Position numbers and translations under genes: made by a program. Shown in pieces: positions 30,256 to 39,837 of a stretch of DNA of 64,000 nt (within the stretch, counting starts at the first letter, position 1; the number at the start of each line of letters is the position of its first letter). The notes under the pieces were generated by a model. That model saw only the letters and a program-made list of their open reading frames with translations. It did no database searches and was not told the origin of the DNA. Source of the DNA: an uncultured Methanosarcinales archaeon (GTDB lineage Archaea > Nanobdellota > Nanobdellia > Woesearchaeales > ARS49); assembly GCA_964617195.1 (NCBI GenBank), contig CAZTVK010000015.1:2317-66316 (forward strand), written 5' to 3'.

Positions 30256-31140
30256 TCAGTCGCCCAAAGCCTTCCAATACTCAGAAACAGGAACGTATTC
30301 AACCCAAGACTTGTCAATCTTCTGCTGACCGCCATAAAGAACCATGACGTCAAAGTAAGTATCCCTGAAGTCCACAGCTTGCGTACCCTCAACCTCAATC
30401 TTAATAGGAACTTGGTAACGCCTGTCAATCCTCAAAATAACACGCTTGCCATCAAGCATGTAATGCAAAGAAGGCTGGACAGTCTTTGAGTTTCCACCAA
30501 TACTAATAGTTTGAATGTTGTTTTCCACAAGAATAGGCTCCAGTTCAGAAAATTCTTTCAAATACTCTAAAGGACCTTTAGGAACCCATTTTTCATAAGG
30601 CACTGAAATCTCCTTGTCAATGTAGTCCTTGCACCTGCTTCTCTCGTACTCAAATGAATCATCCAAAATACGACCTTCCCGCTCGAGATTACAATAGGCG
30701 ACGGCCTCTTTTTTATCATGATCAACAAAAACATCAGTAATCGGAGTACGATCATCCAATTGAGACATCTTCAAAAACAAATGCCTGGACTTATTGCCAT
30801 AAACAATAACCATCCTGTCATCAAGCACAAAAGCATAACCTGTAAACTTAGTCTGAGCATCAGCCAGCAATTTCTTCGCGACAGGCATGGCCTCTGGAGC
30901 AGATTCAACGACAACCTTCGCAGGAGGCAAATCTTCAACAGAAGGCATGGTTTCAGCTTCCACAGGAGTTTCTTCCTTCACAGGACACTTGTCAACAGAA
31001 TCAGCAGTACTGCCATCCCAGCACTGAACGACAATCTTCTCAACACTCTTTTCTTCTGTTTTATTCTCAATTCCCGGCTGGACGTACGGCTGAGAAACAC
31101 ACGCTGCCAACAACAACAGAACCAAAAACCACTTTCTCAT
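30256..31140 (-). CDS. Secreted lipoprotein-like protein, paralog B
   Basis: Signal peptide MRKWFLVLLLLAACVSQ (start reassigned). Tandem paralog of 29363-30214. Confidence 0.6.
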   Translation of the reverse strand: MRKWFLVLLLLAACVSQPYVQPGIENKTEEKSVEKIVVQCWDGSTADSVDKCPVKEETPVEAETMPSVEDLPPAKVVVESAPEAMPVAKKLLADAQTKFTGYAFVLDDRMVIVYGNKSRHLFLKMSQLDDRTPITDVFVDHDKKEAVAYCNLEREGRILDDSFEYERSRCKDYIDKEISVPYEKWVPKGPLEYLKEFSELEPILVENNIQTISIGGNSKTVQPSLHYMLDGKRVILRIDRRYQVPIKIEVEGTQAVDFRDTYFDVMVLYGGQQKIDKSWVEYVPVSEYWKALGD

Positions 31141-31222
31141 TAAACTGCTGAGAAAGTTTGGAGAATAAAAAGATATCGGTGATAAAGAAAAAAAACTGCA
31201 GGGCTCTTGACCCTGCAGAGAA

Positions 31223-31351
31223 TCCCCGCGGCCGGATTTGAACCAGCAACCTTTCGGGCTCAACGTGCTGACCCACTATCATCCTGAGTTAATACTCCGT
31301 CTGTGGGCGACTACTCTACAGCCGAATGCTCTGCCGTTGAGCTACGCGAGG
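31223..31351 (-). tRNA. tRNA-Tyr(GUA) with a ~56-nt intron after position 37
   Basis: Hand-folded. Acceptor CCTCGCG/CGCGGGG, D-arm GCTC-AACGGCA-GAGC, anticodon stem TTCGG/CCGAA with loop CTGTAG + intron, T-arm GCTGG-TTCAAAT-CCGGC. TATA tttttaaaa lies ~28 bp upstream. Confidence 0.75.
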
Positions 31352-31451
31352 GTTATTATGAGAACTAGAAGAACTGTTTTTAAAACTGTCGGAAATTTAA
31401 AAACCATAATTCAATACTTCAAATCATCGATGAACAAAGTTCGTCGAGTGT

Positions 31452-31511
31452 GCTCAGCAATCGAAGATTGCTGACATTCCGAGCACGTCAGAAATCTATG
31501 ATTTCCGACGC
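31452..31511 (-). terminator. Two hairpins downstream of the 31512 gene
   Basis: gtgctcagcaatc...attgctgac..gagcac and cgtcagaaatc...atttccgacg inverted repeats. Confidence 0.25.
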
Positions 31512-32918
31512 TTACTCTCGATGCCTGATCTCAGGCTTGTTAGAAACAACCTCGCGCTCATTACCTTCAATGAAAAAGCGCACGGCAGCCACAGGCAAAG
31601 TCATCCCGCCAATAACCTGCAACCTCGTCCTCATCTTATACATCAAAATCCTGTGCTCTTTAGGCTCCATCATCTCAATATCCCATCTAACCAATGTGCC
31701 AGTATTCTCGTGAGGAACAATCTTAGACGGAGCAAGAATAGTCTCCTTGAACTCTTTTTCAACATCAGCAAGCTTTGGCGCCAAGTCCATAATGCGGACA
31801 TTTCGGACAATCTTACTGCTCCTATTCACCAACTCAATAACGACCTTCAACTCAGTAATCCCGCCCTCATGACTGCTGACAACAGAAGCTCTCTTTTGAA
31901 CAGCAATCGGACTCCTGAACAAATAATACGCAACGACAATAACTACTGCGATTAACACAAGCCAGAACAACGGACGATAATCATACGTAATCGAAATCTG
32001 CGCACTGGAACCTGCCTTCAAAGGAACTTCCCATGACAAAGCGCCCTCTTCACTGCGCGGCTCGGGAACAGCAGAAATAAACCACTTCTTAGCAAACCAA
32101 GCAGGAACCTTGTACACGTGCGCCAAAGGCTTGTTTCCCTTATTGTACAAAGTAACAGTCTCCAAACTCTTCAAGAATAAAGACTTCCTCTCAACAGAAG
32201 GCACCACAGCACCATAATCTATAACTTCAAAATGCGCAGGAAACAAATCAAACTGGTAAACTTTCTCTTTTTCCGGCACGACAATAGAAATCTGCAAAGC
32301 ATCCTTTCCAGGAGGAGTGAGAACGTCAATCTCGGCAAGGAAAGTCAAAGTCTTCTTCTCCAACGGGCCAAGAGAAGTTGTATAATCCTTGTTGACAACA
32401 CCGCTTCTGACCTTCACGTTCACATTTTCCAGAATACGCATGTTCTGATTTTCCAAAGACAACTTGATAGTCATCCCTTTTCTCGGATCAACCTCTTCAT
32501 CAACAGTCGCCACGCCCCTAATCGCAGGCAGATAAGTGGCGTCCTCAGGGAAAGGAGACTCAACAGAAATATACAATGCAACCTTTTTCTGATCACTTGA
32601 GCCTGTGCGCTTGAAAACAACAGGCAAGTTATACGAGCCAGGATTCAAATTCAACGGGTGCACTGACAAATTAGCCTTCAATTTCTCTCCAGGAAGAACA
32701 ATCAATATCTTTTCAGGACGCACATCCCAAGTCACGTCATTCGAAAAAACTTCAAATATCTCTTCAACAGAAGAATCATGCTCTAATTCTAACTCGAAAA
32801 TAGCAGTCTCGTTTGACTTTATAGTGCGTTCGTTCGGAAAAATAGAAATGTTAAAGTCAACAGCACTAACAGAAAACGCTAACAAGCACAACACTACAAC
32901 AAACAGCAACCGCCTCAT
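31512..32918 (-). CDS. Secreted/membrane protein (signal peptide plus one central TM helix)
   Basis: Start reassigned to MRRLLFVVVLCLLAFSVSA. TM segment LFWLVLIAVVIVVAYYLF. Last gene of the S-layer locus. Confidence 0.55.
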   Translation of the reverse strand: MRRLLFVVVLCLLAFSVSAVDFNISIFPNERTIKSNETAIFELELEHDSSVEEIFEVFSNDVTWDVRPEKILIVLPGEKLKANLSVHPLNLNPGSYNLPVVFKRTGSSDQKKVALYISVESPFPEDATYLPAIRGVATVDEEVDPRKGMTIKLSLENQNMRILENVNVKVRSGVVNKDYTTSLGPLEKKTLTFLAEIDVLTPPGKDALQISIVVPEKEKVYQFDLFPAHFEVIDYGAVVPSVERKSLFLKSLETVTLYNKGNKPLAHVYKVPAWFAKKWFISAVPEPRSEEGALSWEVPLKAGSSAQISITYDYRPLFWLVLIAVVIVVAYYLFRSPIAVQKRASVVSSHEGGITELKVVIELVNRSSKIVRNVRIMDLAPKLADVEKEFKETILAPSKIVPHENTGTLVRWDIEMMEPKEHRILMYKMRTRLQVIGGMTLPVAAVRFFIEGNEREVVSNKPEIRHRE

Positions 32919-32987
32919 TTTCACTACAGAAGAGGCGTTAGTATTTATAAATCTTATCAAAAAGAAAAAATGAGAAAAAAAATAAAA

Positions 32988-33650
32988 TTAAAGCTTTTTC
33001 TTAAGCTTGACAATAATACTCTTAGCTTCAGACTGCATGGCAAGACCAAAACCAATGCCGAACATCAAAGCCAAACCAAGCATAATGCCTGAAAGTATTA
33101 TCAAAACGCTGTTGGCAGCAAGCTCGATCTTAACACCAATCTGGTCCAGCACGATTATTGCTGTGAAGATGTAGATGACAATCCTTGCAGCAGAAGCCAG
33201 AACATCAGCAGCCTTTGCCCTAGTCTCCTCAATCTTCATGCCAACATAATCAGCAGACATGATACCAACCAAGCCAAGAATCACGCCAAGAATCACCTGA
33301 GGAATCCACAATGCGATATCCAACAAGAAATTCTGAACTGAACCCAAGTTGATGACATTAGCAGCAGCCGGCAAGAACAATATGAACACGTACCATTTCG
33401 TGATAATCTCCAAGAAATGGCTCAAGCGGAAATCGCCAACAATACGAGACAGGTTAGTCCTGTGCAACACCCATTGGTCAAACTTAGCACGGCTCAACAA
33501 GCCTCCAACAACCCTGCCTAGAACCCATGCGACGATATAACCAATAATCAATATCAAGATCGCCGCGACAACGCCAGGAACAGCGTCTATAAAACCATAC
33601 GCGAGCCTCAAGAACGGACTCGTGACTTCTTCTAATAATGCCATACACAT
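32988..33650 (-). CDS. Polytopic integral membrane protein
   Basis: 220 aa with 5-6 predicted hydrophobic helices. Confidence 0.5.
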   Translation of the reverse strand: MCMALLEEVTSPFLRLAYGFIDAVPGVVAAILILIIGYIVAWVLGRVVGGLLSRAKFDQWVLHRTNLSRIVGDFRLSHFLEIITKWYVFILFLPAAANVINLGSVQNFLLDIALWIPQVILGVILGLVGIMSADYVGMKIEETRAKAADVLASAARIVIYIFTAIIVLDQIGVKIELAANSVLIILSGIMLGLALMFGIGFGLAMQSEAKSIIVKLKKKL

Positions 33651-33748
33651 TCACCTCTTTTTTTAATGGATTTTATGGATTACCGACTAAGGCGGTATGA
33701 ATGAAAAATAAGAAATAGAAAAAAAATAAATTAAAAAAAAAGGCGCTC

Positions 33749-36484
33749 TTAAACAGAGCTAACCGTTATGTCTGCAAGCGTTGTGCCCGAGACCTTTGCT
33801 TCCATGCCAGATGCGCTCTTGATTGCACCGGTTGCAACTGCACGTGCACCTTGTCTGGTGTTCAATGCAGTTCTACCGTTGATCAACAATGCAACGTTGC
33901 CGTTCGTGTGCGTGAACAACTTAACCATTGCTTCGTTCTGACCAACTGACTCGTAACATGGGTCTGGGTTGCCTAATAGAGATGCTGCAACTGGGTTTGC
34001 ACATGGACCACCTACAACAACTGCGTTGTACATAGCCACATCGCTTACTTCACTTGCAAGCTTGGCTGCACCAATTGCGATTGGCTGAACCTTCTCTATA
34101 CCGCCAGCTGAAACAGCTGTCGTTGAAACAACACCGCCAGTTATGAAGACACGAGCTCCTCTCTCTGAGAGCGGGTACTCGATTGTCAAGTCCTCTGCTT
34201 CATCGTCGCCCTGTGGGTCGAACAATTCGAAGAAAGTACCGTATCCTGACAATGCCTGCTCTATGTCGTCGTTTTCTTCAAGGTCAAACAGACCGAAGAA
34301 GAATCCCGCGCCAGTTCCAGGTGATTGGTTTGTAACAGCTGCGATACCGATCTCGCTGGTTAGTCTTGCAGTGATGTTGATGCTGATGTTTTCATCAAAT
34401 ACTGCTTCATCAAACTCCTTTGCAAGAGTCGTCAGGCTGACGTTGTTCCAAGTGTTCGCTGTTGCACCAGTTGAACAATCCCACGGGGTTGGAGGCACAG
34501 AGTGCTCAACACCAGCTGGGAAGCCTATACCAACGTCAATATCTAACTGTTCTCCCAAGTCGATCAAGCCTTCTCCTTGGATGCCGATGATGGCCTCTTC
34601 ACAGTTGACGATGTCTCCGTCGCCGTTCAAGTCAATCAACAAGTCGAACGGTGCTGTTTCAAGAACGCCTGTGTTCTCGACACCGGCTCTGTACGTGATA
34701 CCGCCAACAACGAGTTCTGCAATGAACGTTGTGCCGTCGTAGGTGGTTTCACGAGTACCAGTACCGAGGTCGGTAAAGGTAATCTGCCTGTTGGTAGAGT
34801 CAACGCTGTCGTACCTGATTACGTGTGAGAAACACGTGTCATCAGATGTACTATAGTTGCAGTTGCTCAAGACGAAAAAGTCGTCATCGCTGATGTAGGC
34901 TTGTGCACCTGTTAGAGTGGCTGCACTTGTGAAGGGTACACAACTTGTACCACAATCACCGACGCCACCGCCTACGAACTCTGTGAACCAGAGGTCGTCA
35001 TCGTCGTCACCAAACTTGAACGAAAGTGTTGCATTAGCTAAAGCTACAGTGTTTCCAGCTTCGTTGCTGTGCACTGGGAAATCAAAGAAGATTCCCTCTT
35101 GGTTGGTAAACTCAAGGTCGTACTCGTCGTCACCAGCTGCGTCAATTCTGACTAGTGTGACACCAGTGTCCATCAGACCTTCGTATCTGATGTCCCAGTT
35201 TGGAGTCAACATTCCTTCTGGCTCGTCCAACTGCTCTCTTGTGCCGGTTCCTGGTGGAATAAACATGTCACCGAGAACTGCATCAGCAGTCAAGTTGTAC
35301 TTCAAGTTCTGGATTTCAAACTCTGAACCAGTCAAGCTGTCAACTCTTGGCGCGGCCTTGGTGAACTGAGCTCTGATGAGAACAGCTGAGTCCTCAATCG
35401 TTTCCTCGTTCACTTGCGTACCTGCAGTGTTGAAAATTTGGTCAGCTGTGTTGTCGTCTCTGAACTCAACCTTGTACGCACCCAAGTAGAACTGGACAAT
35501 GGACTTTTGAATGTCCTTACCAGTTGCTAGGATGTCACGGATACCGATCTGGGTACCGTCTGCAAGAACGTCTGTTTCACCGTCTTCGAGCTCGTCAGTG
35601 ATTTCTCCGTTGATTCGGAACTTCACTGAACCCTCTCCCTGGTTTGACGTCTCTGAAATAACGAGAACTTCAACCTCGTATTCCTTGCCGTCAACAACAT
35701 AAGTTTCCTTGTCGTTCTCGCCGAGGACAGCTGAGACTGCACCACCGATAAACTCAATGGTCAAGTCTGGGCTACCGCCTGAGATAATTGTGCCGAAAAC
35801 GTTTGACTTGTTGGTAACATCTGTGTCAACAATAACGAAAGGCTGACCCAAAATGGTGATGTCTTCGTCTTCCAAATCAACAAGGTCGTCAATCTCAATT
35901 TCTGATTCAAGGCCTTCTTCAAATTCCAATTCCCATTGGAACATGACTTCGCCATCGTTGAAAAACAAGTAATGGCCTACACGGTCTCTTTCGTCTTCTG
36001 CGAAAGTAACTGTCGAGTGAGGAATAACTACCTCTGATGGTGTTGGGAATCTCAAGTATTGGTTGAATTCCGTGCTACCTTCATCAGTGACTATCTGACC
36101 GCCTTTCAGCATGTCCAAGTCAACTTCTGTAAAAGTTTCACGAACGTCACCGATTGGCTCGTTGATTTCGAGCAAGTCTGACGTTGAACCAACTTCTACA
36201 GCGTCACCTTCAATCACGAGTTGCGAAGGCGCACCTGGAGCAGATGTCTTAATAACTGCTTGGGACTGCAAACTCTGAATGACGTCCACTGCGCCAATCA
36301 CGTCTGAACCGTCCGCTTGATCGCCGACAATAATTGCCAAGTTCGAGGCAGGCGTACCGTTAACTACAAACGGCGCTGGCCAGTCTGACAATTTTGCTGC
36401 TGATGCTCCGAAGATCGTTGCACCGACCATCGTTAAACCCATTCCTAAAGCCACCATCTTTTTTATTGCTTGTATTGCTTTCAT
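33749..36484 (-). CDS. S-layer-like large surface protein
   Basis: 911 aa. Signal peptide MKAIQAIKKMVALGMGLTMVGATIFGASA resembles methanogen S-layer leaders. Acidic, Thr/Asp/Glu/Gly-rich. Strong SD GGAGGTG 7 nt before the ATG, and a ~340-bp 5' region. Confidence 0.65.
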   Translation of the reverse strand: MKAIQAIKKMVALGMGLTMVGATIFGASAAKLSDWPAPFVVNGTPASNLAIIVGDQADGSDVIGAVDVIQSLQSQAVIKTSAPGAPSQLVIEGDAVEVGSTSDLLEINEPIGDVRETFTEVDLDMLKGGQIVTDEGSTEFNQYLRFPTPSEVVIPHSTVTFAEDERDRVGHYLFFNDGEVMFQWELEFEEGLESEIEIDDLVDLEDEDITILGQPFVIVDTDVTNKSNVFGTIISGGSPDLTIEFIGGAVSAVLGENDKETYVVDGKEYEVEVLVISETSNQGEGSVKFRINGEITDELEDGETDVLADGTQIGIRDILATGKDIQKSIVQFYLGAYKVEFRDDNTADQIFNTAGTQVNEETIEDSAVLIRAQFTKAAPRVDSLTGSEFEIQNLKYNLTADAVLGDMFIPPGTGTREQLDEPEGMLTPNWDIRYEGLMDTGVTLVRIDAAGDDEYDLEFTNQEGIFFDFPVHSNEAGNTVALANATLSFKFGDDDDDLWFTEFVGGGVGDCGTSCVPFTSAATLTGAQAYISDDDFFVLSNCNYSTSDDTCFSHVIRYDSVDSTNRQITFTDLGTGTRETTYDGTTFIAELVVGGITYRAGVENTGVLETAPFDLLIDLNGDGDIVNCEEAIIGIQGEGLIDLGEQLDIDVGIGFPAGVEHSVPPTPWDCSTGATANTWNNVSLTTLAKEFDEAVFDENISINITARLTSEIGIAAVTNQSPGTGAGFFFGLFDLEENDDIEQALSGYGTFFELFDPQGDDEAEDLTIEYPLSERGARVFITGGVVSTTAVSAGGIEKVQPIAIGAAKLASEVSDVAMYNAVVVGGPCANPVAASLLGNPDPCYESVGQNEAMVKLFTHTNGNVALLINGRTALNTRQGARAVATGAIKSASGMEAKVSGTTLADITVSSV

Positions 36485-36827
36485 CTAATAAACACCTCCG
36501 TGTTTTTGGCTATTATCTTTACTATCTTTACTTGGTAATAATGGTAAAGACTGTGATGCAGAAACTAGTGAACTGTATTTAAAACTTTTGGAAAGACTAT
36601 TTTTGTAATCTATATTTTGCATTGTATGTTTCCTCTTTTTACTTTCTGATGATTGTCGACTACTCAACGATGCGACTACCTAGCTAACTTGTCATAAAAC
36701 CGCAGGAAGTTTATAAACTTTTCGCACTTACTAGCCGTACTTTTTCACCCATAAAACGTACTTGTTTCATGAGCGTTATCGACGATAAGCGCTGGAACAA
36801 CCAACGTACAACTGGTTATAAATACAG

Positions 36828-37373
36828 TCAGATAATAGCAAACCTAGTACTAGAACACATGACCATCATGCGCAAATCCGGGCTGGATTGCTTCATTCTC
36901 TCATAAACAGAGACGTCCTGCGCACTAGCCAAGCACTGATTAATAGGATGGCCATGCAAGTCAATCAAAGTCTCAATAGGACACGGCACACTAACAACAT
37001 GAATGACATTTGCCCTGATTATCTCAGGAAACTCAACTCTACTAATAATATAGGAAGAATCTTCCTTGCTACCAAACAAACACGCCTTAATCTCCCTATT
37101 CTCATTAGTGATGAACTCGTTTTGCAGTTGAACAAGCGTGTTGCCTTCAAAAATTACGGTTGCGCTAGGAAAATACAATGCACTATCAGTTACCCGCTCA
37201 CTATGAATAATACCGGAAAGAGCATCATAGAACGAAAGAGAAACGACAAGCATTAAAAGAAAAAAACCAATCACGATAAGAAGAGGTCTTCTCCAAGGAG
37301 ATTCAGGTATCGGCTGCTCTAGTTCTTCGGGGTCGATGCCCTCGAAAACAGGATTATGTTGCCCATTGCCCAT
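36828..37373 (-). CDS. Hypothetical membrane-anchored protein
   Basis: 181 aa with a TM segment LLIVIGFFLLMLVVSLSF. Confidence 0.45.
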   Translation of the reverse strand: MGNGQHNPVFEGIDPEELEQPIPESPWRRPLLIVIGFFLLMLVVSLSFYDALSGIIHSERVTDSALYFPSATVIFEGNTLVQLQNEFITNENREIKACLFGSKEDSSYIISRVEFPEIIRANVIHVVSVPCPIETLIDLHGHPINQCLASAQDVSVYERMKQSSPDLRMMVMCSSTRFAII

Positions 37374-37728
37374 AACGCTCAGGCAGATCTTCAGGAATCA
37401 CACAACAATACTTGCCAGGATTAGTCTCATCAGCAACACACGGGTACGGGCTCGTCAAGGCTTCCGCACCATACGAGCAATCCCACTTGTCCTTATTAGA
37501 ATACAAGAACTGTTGAGCACGGTCCATATACAACTGCCTCTCAAATGCATGACCCATCACGTTAGGCTGCTGATAAATCTTCTTGATAGCACCACCATAA
37601 ATCTTAGGACCACGAGAACTGCCCAATGAAAGATAAGCATTACCAGTCAATGAGTCATTCAAAACAACAGCAAACACAGAAACAACAACAACCAACAAAA
37701 TACCAATCAATGCAATACGTTCTGACAT
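37354..37728 (-). CDS. Type IV pilin-like protein (class III signal peptide), paralog 3
   Basis: N-terminus MSERIALIGILLVVVVSVFAVVL. Shares the YGGAIK block with the 57094 paralog. Confidence 0.55.
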   Translation of the reverse strand: MSERIALIGILLVVVVSVFAVVLNDSLTGNAYLSLGSSRGPKIYGGAIKKIYQQPNVMGHAFERQLYMDRAQQFLYSNKDKWDCSYGAEALTSPYPCVADETNPGKYCCVIPEDLPERYGQWAT

Positions 37729-37788
37729 AGTCTTCGCCTCTTTTCAACATTGAAATAATCTTCTTGTATTTAAATGATGTGAAATGCG

Positions 37789-37833
37789 GCGGGAAGGCAG
37801 CGCCGAACTCACGTTCGGCTGGTCTTCCCTTGT
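37789..37833 (-). pseudogene. Duplicated 3' fragment of tRNA-Leu (T-arm-like hairpin + acceptor 3' strand)
   Basis: tgcggcgggaagg at 37789-37801 repeats 37845-37857. The fragment GGGAAG-[27-nt hairpin]-CTTCCC-GCCGCA is followed by a second copy of the TTTAAATACAAG-like trailer. Confidence 0.45.
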
Positions 37834-37844
37834 ATTAAAATAAG

Positions 37845-37960
37845 TGCGGCGGGAAGGATTCGAACCTTCGAAGGCACTAAGCCACCAGAGTCTAAATTTG
37901 ACCGAATGCTAAATACGCTCTAGCACTCACTGGTCCGTTAGACCACTTCGGTACCGCCGC
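37845..37960 (-). tRNA. Class II tRNA, most consistent with tRNA-Leu(UAG), with a ~32-nt non-canonical intron near positions 31/32
   Basis: Acceptor GCGGCGG/CCGCCGC, D-arm CCG-AAGTGGTCTAA-CGG, long variable arm GGCTTAGTGCC, T-arm GAAGG-TTCGAAT-CCTTC. The anticodon loop TTTAGAC is only obtained after removing an insert starting right after the 5' anticodon stem. TATA at -30. Confidence 0.6.
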
Positions 37961-38010
37961 GTGAATAAATAAAAGAAATCACCCAATATATAATAGTATT
38001 TGCTCAAGAA

Positions 38011-38196
38011 TTACTTTCGCTTTCTGCTGTTCTTCCAATTATAAGTTCTCATCTTGGAACTATTGCCATAACCGCAGCTTGAACAAATCGATTTCTTGAT
38101 GTGGAAACTACTTCGACCACAGCGCCTGCACGGAATATGCGATTTTCCGCGAGAACGCTTTCCCTGAGAACCTGTACCGCCGTAACCTTTGCTCAT
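38011..38196 (-). CDS. rpl37e: 50S ribosomal protein L37e (eL37)
   Basis: 61 aa with C4 zinc finger CRRCG...CSSCG. Confidence 0.88.
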   Translation of the reverse strand: MSKGYGGTGSQGKRSRGKSHIPCRRCGRSSFHIKKSICSSCGYGNSSKMRTYNWKNSRKRK

Positions 38197-38200
38197 TTTA

Positions 38201-38422
38201 TTATGCCGGACTAATCAAAACTATTGTGTCACCACGAATAAACGCAGTGCCGAGCTTACGCTTTACTTCGCCGTCTGCCCTTTCCTCTGTCTCATCGAGA
38301 ACCACGTTAATATGAATGTCAAACGCTCTCAAAGTACCAACATACTGTTTATTATTCTTACACTCAACAATAACTTTCTTATCGCGAGCGCGATTCAATG
38401 CATCAAGCGGTCTTGCTTCCAT
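38201..38422 (-). CDS. Sm-like archaeal protein (SmAP/LSm)
   Basis: 73-aa Sm fold ([14 protein letters not shown]...IRGDTIV). Conserved Sm-L37e gene pair. Confidence 0.85.
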   Translation of the reverse strand: MEARPLDALNRARDKKVIVECKNNKQYVGTLRAFDIHINVVLDETEERADGEVKRKLGTAFIRGDTIVLISPA

Positions 38423-38483
38423 GATTTAACACCCCGTAGTTGTTAAGTTGAAAATCCAATAGAGTGATATTTAAATGTTTTGG

Positions 38484-39749
38484 TTAAAAGCCGAAGGACT
38501 TCTGCCTTTTCTTATAGTATTTATAGCCATAATAGAACACGAAAGGCAGAATAAGTATGATTAGCAAATACCAATACCACGCAACACCCTTCTCAACAAC
38601 AGGCACTTCAGACACGTTCTGAGGCAGTACTAGTTCTTCTTTCTCGGACACTTTGCTTTCAGACCTCTTTTCAGGCTTCTCACAAGCATCACCAACACCA
38701 TCCTTGTCAGAATCAGCCTGATCTTCATTCATTATTGCAGCACAATTATCAGTAAAGTCAAAAACGTCATCACCATCAATATCCTCAGCCTTTGCAAAAC
38801 GGATAATAACGTCATCCTGGTCATTATCACCATTCAAATCACCAACATCTTTTTCAGAAGAAGAAAACACCGCAGTATCCTCAAACACTGAAACTTCACC
38901 AGCAACAACATCCATCTTGGCAGCTGACTTTGACTCAAGATTCCAACCATACAAAAAGCCATCATTAGAGAATAATATTACGTCTCCAGAAATTGAAGGA
39001 GAACTGCCTTTAAGCTCAGTATCAAACACCTTTCTTTCTCTTGCATCAAGAATCTTTATTTTCCCATCAGAAGCAAACACCGCCATGCTATCCTTTGACA
39101 ACAACGGACGCCCTGCTGAAACAGGAATATTAGTAACGCCGCGATCCTCACGATCATACACGCGCACTATCTCATCAGCCTTATCGCCATCAGCATTCAA
39201 ATCAGTATCCAACTGTTTTTCCTCTGTAACGAACACCGCAAATTTTTGATTCACCACAGGATAATCACCCACTGCCTTTGTGTTCGTAATCTCTCCTGTC
39301 CCAATATCATACATTCTGACAATGTCGTCATCCACATCATCGTCATTGGTAAAATCAATGCCCAGCTCAGACTCTTTTGTTGAGAAAATAATCATATCAG
39401 CAAACACGCTCGGATGCCGTCCGACAGCATTCGTGCTCACAACTTTTTTGTCACGCACGTTCGCAAACTGAATGACAGTATCATCTTCATCCTTATCACC
39501 ATTCAAATCATTGTCAGACTCCTTTGTCTCAAACACCACAGTAAAGCCGAAAATAGCCGGAGAAGAACCCTGGCTGAGCTCAGTATCCTCATTCCTTGCC
39601 AAATCATAAACGTGAATGAAACCATCACGCTCGTACACGACAATGCCACCATATAACATTGGATGACTGCCCTGCATTCCAGTGCTTTCAACAATCAAAG
39701 CAGCAGAAAACGGAAGTACCAATAAGAGAGCAATAATCCATGGGCGCAT
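38484..39749 (-). CDS. Surface-anchored repeat protein with Ca-binding-like DxDxDG motifs, a thrombospondin type-3-like repeat and a C-terminal TM anchor
   Basis: Start reassigned to MRPWIIALLLVLPFSAALIV (signal peptide). The upstream part of the 572-aa ORF overlaps rps8e. About 4 repeats of K.xD.DLNGDxDxDDxVIRF. DSDKDGVGDACE near the C-terminus. C-terminal TM WYWYLLIILILPFVFYY. Confidence 0.6.
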   Translation of the reverse strand: MRPWIIALLLVLPFSAALIVESTGMQGSHPMLYGGIVVYERDGFIHVYDLARNEDTELSQGSSPAIFGFTVVFETKESDNDLNGDKDEDDTVIQFANVRDKKVVSTNAVGRHPSVFADMIIFSTKESELGIDFTNDDDVDDDIVRMYDIGTGEITNTKAVGDYPVVNQKFAVFVTEEKQLDTDLNADGDKADEIVRVYDREDRGVTNIPVSAGRPLLSKDSMAVFASDGKIKILDARERKVFDTELKGSSPSISGDVILFSNDGFLYGWNLESKSAAKMDVVAGEVSVFEDTAVFSSSEKDVGDLNGDNDQDDVIIRFAKAEDIDGDDVFDFTDNCAAIMNEDQADSDKDGVGDACEKPEKRSESKVSEKEELVLPQNVSEVPVVEKGVAWYWYLLIILILPFVFYYGYKYYKKRQKSFGF

Positions 39750-39837
39750 ATCACGATAAGAAAAACATACCCATATAAACCTTTTGACATGGGCTAACAC
39801 AGAAACCTTTTTAAATAACCTATAGCCCAGCACGATT

